Positions 26,644 to 38,944 of a stretch of 64,000 bases of DNA are shown here, piece after piece. A program made the translations under genes and the position numbers. Each line of letters starts with the position of its first letter. Within the stretch, counting starts at the first letter, position 1. The stretch lies in assembly GCF_001194135.2 (NCBI RefSeq), contig NC_068989.1:56277-120276 (forward strand). Reading direction: 5' to 3'. This stretch comes from Octopus bimaculoides. Its lineage: Eukaryota. The notes under the pieces were generated by a model, which saw only the letters and a list, made by a program, of their open reading frames with translations, was not told the DNA's origin and made no database searches.

Positions 26644-28270
26644 AATGAAAGGTAGACTATATGATGCTTGTGTATGAATGGCTACACTCCATGGTAGTGA
26701 GACATGGGCTCTGAATGCAGAAGGTATGCATAGACTGGAGAGAAACGAAGGTAGTATGCTCCGTTGGATGTGCAACATCAGTGAAGATGTGCGACAAAGT
26801 GCAAATGTATTGAGAGCAAATTTGGACATAAGAGGAATCAAATGCAGCATGCAGGAGAGAAGTCTACATTGGTTTGGACATGTGATGTGTAGGAATGAGG
26901 ACAACTGCATAAAGAAATGCTGATCACTGAAAGTGGTACTTGTGGAAGAGGGAGATCCAGGAAGGCCTAGGATGAAGTGGTGTGAGGACCTGATGGAGGA
27001 AATGACAATGGACAGTGATGTGTGGTGATATGAAGTTCTTAAGACCTGCCCGCATCAGTGAAACTGAGTTCCAGAAGCACTTTGTAGAAAACCTCTCACA
27101 CACTCGACCACAACGAACCAAACTACATCTTTCCCTTCTCTTTCTCACATTTCCACTTCATCTACTACGATTACCTATCACTCCCCAATCTTGTCCTCTT
27201 CGCCCCCAGTGCCACTGTATCATTGCTCTCTGCTTGCTCCCCGACCTGTGCATTCTACCCATATGCCTTGTCTCACTCTATTATTGCCATCTGCTAGCCC
27301 CCCCCCCCCGACCTGGGTGTTCCACCCACACGTAACAAAACTTTTCCTTCGCCCTACCTCAACAAACCAATTTACATCTCTCTTTCTCGCATTTCCTCCT
27401 TCATACACTATGCCTAGCTATCACTCTCCAATCCGGTCCTCACACTCCTTTTCCTCTGTATCATTCCTATCCCTCCACCTCTATATATACCCAGGTCTCT
27501 AGCCACTTACTCACTCTCTTTAATCACACTCCCTTCACAATATCTTTTCACTTATATTATGGCATTTGAACCTGAAGGCAATGCCCTGGCACACTTGACA
27601 CCATCTATACATCTCTCTCTTCCTTTACTCAATGATCTCATTTATATTCTGATCCCTGTTCCTTGTGAGCATGCCCAGCATTTTGCTACCATCTCCATCC
27701 CGTGGTCTTCCATTCTCTCTCTCTCTTTCTCCTTCTGCTGTACTTCCCTCAGGCTGGGCAACCATGTATTTTCTTGACAGTAGCACACCTGTTTCTGTCT
27801 TCATTCCTGATCTTTCTCTCTCCAGCCAGGTAACCTTGTACTTCCACTTCAGCAAAACACCTGTATCTGTCTCACTATAACCTTTTCGTTAATACCTCCT
27901 CCCGTCTTAAAAGTTTTTGTCTTGCAAGTACTTGGTGACCCTATCAGTGCAGGTGCCACTTAAAAGCACCCAGCTCATACTGTGAAGTGGTTGGCATTTG
28001 GAAGGGCATCTAGCTGTAAAAACCTTGCCAAAACTGACCTTGCCTGTGCTTGTGCCACATAAAAAGCACTACTCACCTTACCTATGCTTGTGCCATGTAA
28101 AAAAGTACTGAGTCCACTCTGCTGAGTGGTTGGTGTTAGGAAGGGCATCCAGCTGTAAAAATCCTGCCATGACAGCCACAGAAGTCTGATGCAGGCTTTG
28201 GCCGAACGGCTCTTCTACCGTCCCACCCATGCTAGCATGGAACAGGGATGTTAAATGATAATGATGATGA
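24770..28270 (+). mobile_element. RTE LINE (disrupted ORF2, gap, low-complexity 3' UTR, tail)
   Basis: WWNNVVDRAIREKKQAW; NYRGIKLLDQVMKITERFIAQLIR; LAFVDLEKTFNRVP; GVHQGSVLSPLLF; L*ELLFADDL; LHGSETWAL; tail cccatgctagcatgg...ttaaatgataatgatgatga. Confidence 0.92.
26095..26590. other. Assembly gap
   Basis: N run. Confidence 1.
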
Positions 28271-28309
28271 AGACTGAGACATTGGTCCTCTCAAGAAAGT
28301 CTTCCCAAT

Positions 28310-28830
28310 AACATTCTGCATGTTAGTAGAACATCATTGAATCAAGTGGAGAAGTTTAAGGATTTTAGGGCTGTATTCACAAAAGATGGGAAGGATGAGG
28401 CTGAATTAGATAGAATTGCAAGTGCTGGCCCAGTACTGTGCCAGCTCCAGCATTTGGCAGTCAGGTGAGAAGTTAGAAAACAGCAAAACTCCCGATCTAC
28501 AGTTTGGTTTACATGTCTATTTTGACCTATGATGATGAATGTTGTGTTTGAGATTGCACTCTTTTGGTCATTACCCAAGTGGCTGAAATGGGATCCTTCA
28601 AAAGGATCTGTGAAGTATCTTTACTTGACAAGATGTGTAGCTTGGAGATTAGAGAATCTCTCCAGGTTGAGCTGCTACTTCTTCACTTTGAAAAGTTACA
28701 GTTCCAGTACTATTGGTATGTGATTATAGAATGTCGTAGGAAAAAATCACAAGATGGATTCTTCAAACCAAGCCAACCCGAAGACCTTGGGGTAGACTGA
28801 GAACAAGGTGGTCGGTTAATAGCCATAGTC
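28310..28830 (+). mobile_element. Second RTE lineage (Rex3/Expander-like) RT C-terminal relic
   Basis: QVEKFKDFRAVFTKDGKDEAELDRIA... resembles QVExFKYLGxxFTxDG; degraded. Confidence 0.55.
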
Positions 28831-30637
28831 TCAGTTGGTTACACTTGGAAATCCAGCCAAAAAGTGTCACGGTGGTTGTTTCTGATAGGACTCTATGGAG
28901 GAAGTGCCCAAGGACTTTAACTTTTGACTTTCTCAAGAATATTAAGCAGAGAAGATGGATGGATAAAAAATAATAAAAGCTTTTCCAGTGATACTTATTG
29001 TACATATGAAAGATTATCTCATTTATTTGAATAAATTAAATCCGAAGTTTGTAAAATATGATGGTCATTTTTTTATAAAGAAAATTTAACACTGAGATTG
29101 TTTAGGCATTTACTACAAAGATCTCAACAGATTAAGACAGCTATTCTATCCTTGAGAAATGTCACTCTAAAATCAGGTAACCACCTCAAAGTATTTATGG
29201 CATGTAAGCTACCCCACCTTATGTTTCAGAGACTAAAAAGCCATTCATGTGTGGTGGGTGATATATGCATTGAGTTGAGTATACAGATCTATCCAAGCAA
29301 CATTCTTTATAACCCAGCACTCTGGAATGTCAGCACTTGAATAACTAAATCTAGGTTAACAATTACATTGTCACCTTTCCTGAAGTTTGTCTTTTGCTAC
29401 ACTACTATTGTTCACACACCCATTCAATTATTCGTTTTATTATTGACTGGTTTCCATATTTATATTTACAACTATTTTATTTCTTTTACACACTTTATTT
29501 TTTTTCTTTAAAAAAATCTTTTTTTAATACATAGTTTTGAATAGATTGGACTAATTTTTTTTGCTTGTAGATTTACTGCATTTATTTTCTGATTTATGAC
29601 TAATCTCATATCAAATTAAAAACAATATAGTTACCCAAACATATTTAGATTAAATAAGTTTAGTTTAGAAAGTTTTTATGAATGAAGACTAGACATATCT
29701 ATTCATACTGGTTACATTTTGATCATTAAATTAAAATTGAGTGCATGTCTACAAACTTGGAATGTATGGTTGATGTTTCAAAAGTGGTTACTAGATCGTT
29801 TTATTCCTTTATATCCTGTTGAAGTACTGCTCAAATCAGAATGTATGTTATATTGTTTATTGTGGTTGATTGGTTAGTAATCAGTTAAGGCTTATATTTA
29901 TGAAATAATTTCTTTTTTAAAGCAAAATTTAAAATAATGCTATATGTTACTCCATGTTTACTTAATTTCACTGTTCAAAAGAGCCCAGTTTGTTATATTG
30001 GCTTATACATACAAGAACCACCTCAACTAACGTGTAATCCAGGTGGTTTGGATGAAATGTCATGTGTTAAAATTTGAACATCACAAAAATACATCAAAGT
30101 AGAGCTCATATGGAGAAATTAGATTGGACTTTAGAATAGTAAGCCTTTTAAATGACAAAGCAGTGGGTCATGTGTAAAAGGTGTACTGCTGGATTGATCA
30201 GCTCCTGTTAGTATCAGGGCATAGACATCCTGATATGGTTGTAATACTTTTAGTGATTAAACAAAAGGTAACACAAGACAGTACATAATCGTGTCACCTT
30301 CAGCAACATGAGAATGCAATTGCTACATATCAAGAAAATAATTTTGTATCCTTGAACAAAATTATGAACAATACAAGAAACCCTCAAAGTTGCTACAAAT
30401 TTTTGGTGTCATCACTAATGATGATATCTGGTTATTTCTCATCACAAATATTGGCCATCGTAGCTCTCTGCAGTTACTAAGTATAAATGGAGTATTCATT
30501 GCTCCTATCTTATACAGTACCTCTATAACAGATACAAACATCCTAGATTATCTCCCAAAACAAAAGGCCACTCAAATGGCATGGAATTACTTTCCAATGC
30601 AAACTAACCTAGGAGTCGCATCTATGATGATGTATCT

Positions 30638-31515
30638 CATCATATAGTCTACCTTTCACTCTGAGAGAGAGAGAGAGAGTCCTTTTGTTGCCAACAGAGG
30701 TAATAGCTCTCTGAATTTCTTCCACCCAATTCCTATTCTGGAAACAATACTTACAGAGCATCCTCCACCACTGCTAATTTGGTCACCTAGGTAACAGAAA
30801 CTGTCTACAACCTCAGAGTAGCCTCCTGGATATTTGAGAGAATCTAATTCCTGTGTGGTCTTAGTGCTTATTGTTCCTGCACATCTGCCATGTACAAAGA
30901 CTTCTTTATCTTTTAATCTACCTGTGATACCACTGCATCACTTATGCATCCATAGTTTACACTGGGTGCAGTGAATGAAATTCCTTCCAACTTCTTTCCT
31001 ACATATGGAGCAGGGCCATTTAGCTGACGGAAAGAAAGTTTTATTTTCTTTCTAATTAACAACCACTTTTGTCTTAGCTAGATTAACTTTAAGGCTTTTT
31101 CATTCCAGGTTTTGTTTCCATACCTCGAATTTCTTCTCCAATTCTACTGAAGATTCTGCAATAAGAGCAAGGTCATCAGCAAAGAGTAGCTCTCACAGGC
31201 ACCCAGTTTTGAATTCCTCTGTTATGGTCTGGAGAACTATAATGAATAAGAGTGGGCTGAGAACTGAGTCCTGGTGGACCCCTACCTGACTGCTAAATTC
31301 ATCATGGCTTGGACAGTTCTAACAAGCCACTCCTCTACTCCTAACTTTCTTAGAGACAACCAGATAACAGAGCGGAGAACTCTGTTGAAAGCTTTCTCCA
31401 GGTTGACTAAGGCTAAATACAATGGCTTACTTTTGGCCAAGTATTTTTCCTGCAGCTGTCTCACTAGGAAGATGGAATCTGTGGTACTCTTCCCAGGTAC
31501 AAAATCAAACTCCAT
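30638..31515 (-). mobile_element. RTE RT fragment, inverted near-copy of 25557-26666
   Basis: Shares two in-frame TGA stops and a (CT)n expansion with the + strand copy; carries an extra 46-bp deletion. Confidence 0.9.
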
Positions 31516-31793
31516 ATTTTTCTATTCCAGAAGACTATTTACACAAAACAAATAACAAGAAACCAATAAATATGTTGAAACAGTTTTGTGTTTTGAAACT
31601 TAATGCTAATAGGTGTGTGTGTTATTGTTTACAGGTGTCCATTTCCTGCCTTGCCTAAATATCTATACTTTAGCATTTTTTCTTAGAAATATTTTGTGAT
31701 CAATCATAATTTTCTTTTATCTCTTAATTTTATATTTATTGCTTTGTTCAATATTATTCAATTTTAATTACAGATAAACAATAACAAAGAATC

Positions 31794-31898
31794 ATGAATG
31801 AAAATTTTGAATCTCGGAGAATTAAAATCCTCCAGCAAGAACGTGTACAAATTCAAAAGAAAACCTTCACAAAATGGGCTAATTCATTTCTTGAAAAG
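31794..31898 (+). CDS. SPTBN5: beta-H spectrin coding exon 1 (start codon, N-terminal CH1)
   Basis: Acceptor ttacag at 31773; in-frame TAA upstream of ATG 31794; encodes MNENFESRRIKILQQERVQIQKKTFTKWANSFLEK; donor gtaagc. Confidence 0.93.
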
Positions 31899-32209
31899 GT
31901 AAGCAATATTCTATACTTATAAGATGGAAATTTTTGTAATTTTTTTTTAAAAAGTAATATTATACATGTGTGTGTGTGGACGTCTGTGTGTGTTTATGGA
32001 TATGAATGTAATTATTTAACATCCCTCCCATGGGTAGGACAGTTTAACAAGAACTGACAAATCAGAAAACTGCAAGCCCTGCTGTCTGTTTTGGCACAGT
32101 TTTATAGCTGGATGCCCATCCTAAAGCCTACCACTACACACAGTACTGGTTGCTTTTTACATGACACCAATAACAGTAAGGTCACCAAATAACTTGCAGG
32201 TCACAACCT

Positions 32210-32660
32210 TTCGTGGAACGTTAAAAGCACATCTGAACATGGGGTGTAACTGGCCCACTTATGAGTACCCCTCATTCATTGGACAATGAACTTTGCTTGT
32301 GAAGACCTATTGAGGCAAGTGTAAACAAATCAAAATTGCTGACATGGCCGATGACAGTATCGCTTGATTGGCACTCATTCTAGTGGAATGTTAAAAGCAC
32401 ATCTGAGCGTGATCGTTGCCAGGGCCACAGGTTGACTCCCATGCCGGTGACACATGAAAAGTACCATTCGAGCGTGATTGTTGCCAGCATTGCCTTACCG
32501 GCACATGTGCCAGTGGCATGTGAAAAGCAACATTCGAGCATGGTCGTTGCTAGTGCCGCCAGACTGGCTCCTGTGCAGGTAGCACGTAAAAATACCTTTT
32601 GAGCGTGGTTGATGCCAGAACCACCTGACTGGCCCTCATGCGGTTGTGCAGCTCTGTTTG
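32210..32660 (+). repeat. About 65-bp minisatellite from the RTE-family 3' UTR
   Basis: Units starting aaaag(c/t)acc...gagcgtg at about 32393, 32457, 32523 and 32588; the same unit occurs at 52068-52330. Confidence 0.75.
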
Positions 32661-33112
32661 CTGACGGTTGTGGCATTGAGGTCTTCTACTGACTAACTGA
32701 CTGCCAAAAGGCGCGCTCCTCTGCTGTTCTGGTGACTGCTGTTTTTATAGGTACACCACCAGCTCTGGCTGCCATTGTCAAAGCACAACTGTGCTAATCC
32801 GCAATAACGAAATATGGCTTCCTTGATTCCTTGCAGGTTCATTAATCACAAATTATCACTCCATACAAGCAAATATTTATTGAAACCAGTCTATTTGACT
32901 CAGGGGTTCTGGTGATGTTGTTCAAAATTTAAAAGTCGATAGAATAGGACAATTTAAAATGGCGTGAGAGTCTTATTGTAAAGTTTAGAAATATCTGATA
33001 TTAATTTATTAGCACCTTTACCTAGCTTTTGCCAATGCAATTAATGGTTAAATATTATCACTTAATGCTTTCTATGTTATCCTTATGTTTGTTTTTATCT
33101 TTTGTTTTCTAG

Positions 33113-33280
33113 ACTCGGTTTTACATCAATGATCTGTTCACAGACCTGTCTGATGGCAAAATCTTGATGAAACTTTTAGAAATAATCTCCGGTGAAAGAG
33201 TTGGCAAACCAAATGAAGGCAGAATTAGGGTACAAAAAGTTGAGAATGTTTTGAAGTGCTTACAGTTTTTAAAATCCAAA
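33113..33280 (+). CDS. SPTBN5: beta-H spectrin coding exon 2 (CH1)
   Basis: tag acceptor; TRFYINDLFTDLSDGKILMKLLEIISGERVGKPNEGRIRVQKVENVLKCLQFLKSK; donor gtatgt; 168 nt, phase 0-0. Confidence 0.95.
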
Positions 33281-33566
33281 GTATGTTCTCCTTTTTCTTC
33301 TTTTTCTTGATATCAAAGGTCATAAAATGTTGCCATTTATGACAAAACAAAAAAATAAAGAAAGAACTTATAAATAAAATTAAATCTTAAATATTAGTTT
33401 ATTGTAGAAAATAAGACATGTAACAATTTCACAAATTGTCAAATTTCTGATTCATAAGAATTTCTTCTTCATATATTGGTAAAATGATAGCTACAAGGAG
33501 TTAGACGAATGTTAAAATGTGTTAATCATTGGTTATGTATCCCTTTCTCTTCTCTTTTATTCCTCA

Positions 33567-35404
33567 TCTAGTATATATAAATCGCAGTATGTGTGTATAA
33601 TGACTAACGCATACATTTCCACAATTCTGAACCTTACACACACACATTAGTTATGTCCCAAGGATGGTCATGCACTATAACATTTTGCTCAGAACTCCAC
33701 TGTAAATGGACATACCTTTTTGTATGTAGGATCTTCCATTCTTTTTTTTTTTTTTCTATAAAAGTGAAAGAATTTGGTCTAATTATTTACTTCAACTCTA
33801 CACCTGCGCAATGATTCAGTCAGGAAACAGGATTTGGAAGCTGTCATTTTATTTCCATATAAATAAATGTTTATGTTAATTTAAAAGATTTATCTAAAAA
33901 ATCTTATTTAGCTATTATTTTTAGCACAACACATGTTATGTGTCTGGTAATTTTCTTTCATGTAAATAAGTGTTTGCTAATTTAAAAAATTTTCCAAATT
34001 CGTTGTATGTACAGTTTTTTTGTATGCAGGGTCTTCCATACTTTTTAAATCTATATTGTCGTATATTGGTATTAGAGAATATTTTTGACTATGATTAAAT
34101 TCACTAGGAACACTGTACATGATGAATATCCAATACCAAACAATCTTAATCTCCATATTTAAGCTGCATTAAACTTACCTTTACCTAGTCTGAGTTACTT
34201 GAAAGGTGATGTTCCATTTCCTCTCTTCTATTAGTTAATAGCTTTGTTTACCTACCAATGCCTTGTTTCACTTTAAGGATGCTTATTTACCCATCTATTA
34301 TATTTTGACTGCTCTCCATTGTTACAAATACATTTTAGCATTGAGGTTCCAGACTTTTTTAAACAATCACATATGATTCGTCTCAAAGAATCAACCTTTA
34401 AATAAGAGTTTTGCTACCACTAGTGAAAGCTGTATGTATCTTTCAGAAAGTTCCATACCAATTTCACTTTATGCACAGGCTATGTGGGAGATAGAATAAA
34501 AGGAGCTTTTGTTAGCTTATAACAGAATCGATAATCACTTGGGACACTAAAACCCATTTTCCTTTCTCGCATAATACAGGCATGCCACCTAAAAAGAGAG
34601 CATGCAGTGGCAAGGCAGCAGTGCTGGTAGGCTAAGGAAATTGAGGACCAGAGGTTGAAGAGAGTTGCCACTACTAGAGCTGCAACTACTCCTGAGCAGC
34701 ATGTGACCTATCAAGTGCGTGCTGCTGACACAAGGGCCGTTGAAACCCCACAAAAGAGTGCTATCCATCAGGCATGCAGTGCTACATCAATTTCTACCAT
34801 GAGGACCTAAAAAAGCCCCAAAAGAGAGTGCTATCCATTGGGCATGCAAAGCTGCATCCACTTCTGCTGTGACCATCGGTTGATGAGACTTCAGTCTAAT
34901 GTTCACCGGAAGGCTCTTGCCCATGGCTATTGGAAGCCATCGAGTAGTCGATGGGCATCAAAGGCACTCAACAAAAGACTGTTACTGTTGATATATCTGT
35001 AATATGTCCATTTGGCAAGGCCCTCAAATGGAAAGGTTCGCTTGCCTGACCTGCAAAACACTCCTTAGCTTTTCCTTTCTTTACTCCTTGGTCAACACTC
35101 TGATTTGCAGCAATTTATACAGAAAATTCGCGCTTATAACTCTGCCTTCCAGATGACAAGTTTCAGCCACAAACCTATTCGTGAAGACGCCTATATGCCA
35201 ACGTTCAAAATTCAGGGCCAAGCCTTTCATTGGATAGGCTCTATTCTTCCTGTCAGCAACACTGAACACTGATTCCTTCAAATTTACTTCATGGGAGGTA
35301 CCATTGAGCAAAAGGCTCACTGAGCTCAGGTGGCAGCTGGAACAAAGTGAAAAAAATACCACCAAAGCAACTTAAACCGTCCAAAGGACAGGTGTGTTTG
35401 CTAT
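33567..35404 (+). mobile_element. Internally deleted Helitron with RepHel N-terminal relic (intron 2)
   Basis: A|TCTAGTATATATAAA 5' end. Peptides TRAATTPEQH / TRAVETPQK repeats, VICPFGKALKW, KVRLPDL, IRAYNSAFQMTSF...YMPTFKIQGQAFHWIGSILP...*FLQIYFMG. 3' hairpin ccgtcc-aaa-ggacagg, then CTAT. Confidence 0.85.
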
Positions 35405-36809
35405 ATACTACTATTTTAAGTGGTTTCATTTTTCATAATATCAAACTTATCTATACTTTAATATAGATATATCTTAGATGCCTTGAATTAATTTTTTTTT
35501 CTTGAGCTTCTATGACCTGGAACGATTTATCTCCCCTTCAAAATGGCAGCAAGAAAAATTGAGATAATTATTTCCTCCACATCATTCTTTTTTGTGACTT
35601 TTCTTTTTGAGTATTTTTCTGTGTGACTTGAACACATTGATCATATACTGCAAAACCAGCTTGTTTGACACCTATATTTGCTGGTGCCACATGGAAGGGA
35701 AGACCCATTTGCATCAATGGACTTGCATGTACTATTATTACTTATTAGTTTATCAAGGCAGATCTCAACTGTAGGATGTTCTTTCTGTCATGCAGAACTA
35801 ACAAAGTACATTGCATTAGATGTTGTCCGTATAGCTGTGTACACCTGTAGTTAATAATAGCCAAAAGTATGATGATAACGGCTGCAGCAATTCAAAATCT
35901 CATGCAACTGAAATGTGGTAGTTTTTATCGACTTAGATTGAATTTGTATTTGACCCATATTTTATTTTTTGTGAAATTAGCTGCAGTGAAATCTGCACAT
36001 TTTCTTTTGTTATTTCTTTTTCACTGATTTTGGTACAGTAGTTTTTAGTGGTAGTTGTGCTGGGATAAATTGTTGGCTGCTTGAATTTTATGCCTAACAA
36101 TTAGTGTCTGTTATAATTTTCTACAGTTTGATTTTATGTAAATTTTAAACAAAAATCAACCCAACCTCTGAAACCTGAACTGTTCCATTTTTGAACTGGT
36201 TGTCAATGATACTAAGGTATTTAAGAGTATTGTAGATCTTTCTAGTCTGAGAAAATGTGCTGTTTTTGTTTGATTATATTACAATTGAATGCTGTTTTAA
36301 ATTTCACTAGTTTTGGATATCTGTTTGATTTTTGACTTAGTTCAGTGTTTTTCAACTTTTTATGCCCCATGCCCTAATCCAACTGTGTGTGTGTGTATTC
36401 ATCCATCTATCCATCCATCCATCCAAGATTTAAGGAATGGAGTTGATAAAATCCAGGCTACATATGTTTCATAGCAAGAGCTCTAATAATGTAAACATTA
36501 TTGGTTGCTCATACATAGTGTATGTGTTTGGTTTATAGGCCTGTTTGCTGCTCTACATGGTGCCAAGTGTTAAAGAACACTGAATGTCCCAGACCAGGTG
36601 AGACAACTCTCCTTAAGATGATTGAGAATGGTACATATTAAATATTTTGTTGTTATTACTGTCTTCTCAGTACCATGTACTTGGAACACCTCAAGGCAAA
36701 ATGAATTGCAGGTCTGGAACATAGCAGCAAATAGACTTCAGACTATTTGCAGATATGTTGCAGCACAGTAGATGTGAAGAAAATTAAATTACAAATTAAA
36801 AGCAGCTCT

Positions 36810-37045
36810 AATAATCTTTTCTACTCTAGGTACAAGGCCTGAAATTTTTTTTTCGTGTGTGTGTGGTGGGGGGAACAGTCGATTAGATTGACCCCAGCAT
36901 CCATCTGGTACTTAATTTATCGACCCAGAAAGGATGAAAGGCATAGTCGACCTCAGTGGAATTTGAACTTAGAACGTAAAGACAGACAAAATACCGCTAA
37001 GCGTTTCGCCTGGTGTGCTAACGTTTCTGCCAGCATGCCACCTTG
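36810..37045 (-). mobile_element. tRNA-derived SINE
   Basis: Reverse complement: ggcagaaacgttagcacaccaggcgaaacgcttagcggtatt...gttctaagttcaaattcc...gcctttcatcctttctgggtcgataaattaagtacc. Confidence 0.85.
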
Positions 37046-37121
37046 TTGTAGATTTAATAATGTAAACATTATTGTTCACACATTTACAGCATATCTGTTT
37101 TGTTTGTTGCCCATTTGCTGT

Positions 37122-37487
37122 GGGATATCATTTTGGGAAATCTCTCCACACAATTACATAATGCCAAGTGTTAAAGAACATTGAATGTCCCAGACCAGGT
37201 GAGACAAGTCACCTTCAGATGATTGAGAATGACACAGATATCAATATTTCGACTGTGCTCTGCAACAGCACATCAGCAAATAGACTTCACTCTATTTACA
37301 TATATGTTCCAGACCAGTGATTCATTACAATCCTTTTTGAGTACATGATACCAAGGAGCCACAATAATGGGCAAAATTTCAATATCTATCATTCTCGATC
37401 ATCTTGAGTAACTTGTTTCACTTGTCTGGGACATTGTGTTCTTTAACACTTGGTATGATGTAAGGTGCTTTCCCAAGATGATATCCA
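37122..37487. mobile_element. Foldback/MITE-like element with imperfect inverted arms of about 100-110 bp
   Basis: 37122-37233 is the reverse complement of 37387-37487 (ggatatcat.ttgggaaa; ccaagtgttaaagaaca; aatgtcccagac; gatgat.gagaatg). A partial opposite-orientation copy lies at 36485-36775. Confidence 0.75.
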
Positions 37488-37799
37488 AGTCAGCTTCCAG
37501 TTTATCTTTTAGTTTTAGATTTAACATTTATGTAAGTTGTGTGGATGTGAATGTATGTGAGAGGGGGAAGAAGAGAGAAGCAGATTATGTTTGTAATGCA
37601 TATGTGTGCATTCTTGTGTATGAGTGTGTGCATGCATTCTTGGGTTTGGACAGTAAACAATCTATTTCTTTCTATCTTTATTGGTTCTGTCTTTATGACT
37701 GGACGGTGTGTAGGTGTCAGTGCATGTGTGTTAGATGTCTTGTTGTGTCACTTGTTTATTGGATAGCATGGATTGAATTATAATTCAGTCACAGATTAT

Positions 37800-38250
37800 C
37801 TCACACATGCATCCTAATTATGTGTTTAATAGTGCAGTAGCACTGGTGATGTAGTCTCTACATTTTAACCATATATTTCTTATTTAGTGATAGTGTCCAG
37901 TGTTTGAGAGTAAACTTGAATATTTGTTGTAATGATGCATCATATAGATTTATTCTATTCAGCATGCTGATTGAGTATTGATCTGAGTTTCTTTTCATTG
38001 TATTCATGCCAATGCTTATCCATTCTTTCTGCTAAACTTCTAGAAGCCTCACCAATTTATGCTGTGGTTAAGTTCATAAATTCACCCTCCATACATTTTA
38101 AATGGTTGACTACATTTCTGCTTTTACAGTTAATCCTAGGGTTAAATATACACACGACACAATTCTTATCTGTACATATGGTTCTATCAAAGATAGAACA
38201 GATAAGCAAAGCATATCAAGGAAGTACGTTTTGCTTATTTGTGACCTAAT
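37800..38250 (-). mobile_element. Penelope-like element GIY-YIG endonuclease relic
   Basis: Minus-strand frame NCVVC...RINCKSRNVVNHLKCM...A*IGEASRSLAERMDKH fits the PLE pattern C.S.NVVY..KC...YIGET.R.L..R..EH. Confidence 0.72.
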
Positions 38251-38827
38251 AAATTTCTTTGGTTTCTCTACAACTTCAATTTTAAGTTTTAGCATCATTA
38301 AGTCCATTCCTAAATCTACAGGCTAATTCTCCATTTAGTGTAGCATCTACAAACATTATCTTCCTTGAAACTTGTTTGTGTTGTACTATGTGCTTCTTAT
38401 GTTTCTTCTTACAAATTCTTTATAGCCTGTTCCATAGTTTATTACTATATTTATGACAAGTCACATTAGTGTCCTTATATCATCTGACATTTCTTTACCT
38501 TCTTGTACACCCTTAGTAGATCCCTCTAAGAGTGGTTACAATCTAAAAACAGCAAGAGAAATAACTCGATAATAGCAGCTAATTGAAACATTTTGAAAAT
38601 AGTGATAATGCAAACAGGGGTGGATCTTATCTTTTAAAGCTAATTGGTTCAGTGATTATTGTATTGCATAGACAGTTGTATCTTTAAGATGTACTAGATC
38701 CCAGATTTAGAGACACAATATCACAATAGCAACAAGCTTCAAATCCTTGACCTTAAACCATTCTGTATGCTTTCTTATTTCATTTTAGCTGATAAGTTTT
38801 TCTGACTGGTTATTTTATATTTTTCAG

Positions 38828-38944
38828 ATTCACTTTGAAAACATTGGTGCTGAAGATATTGTTGATGGCAATCATCGGCTTATTCTTGGACTTATTTGGA
38901 CAATCATCCTTAGATTTCAAATTCAAGAAATTGTAGAATTTGTG
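38828..38944 (+). CDS. SPTBN5: beta-H spectrin coding exon 3 (CH1 end)
   Basis: cag acceptor; [39 protein letters not shown]; donor gtgtgt. Other in-frame GTs at 38933 and 38942 make the 3' end slightly uncertain. Confidence 0.9.

Noticed and set aside
26058-26910. ORFs of 196 and 281 aa
   Set aside because: They span the N gap and a (CT)n run.
32380-32660. CRISPR-like repeat-spacer array
   Set aside because: Eukaryotic context; whole units are mutually homologous with no unique spacers; the same sequence is in the RTE 3' UTR at 52.1-52.3 kb.
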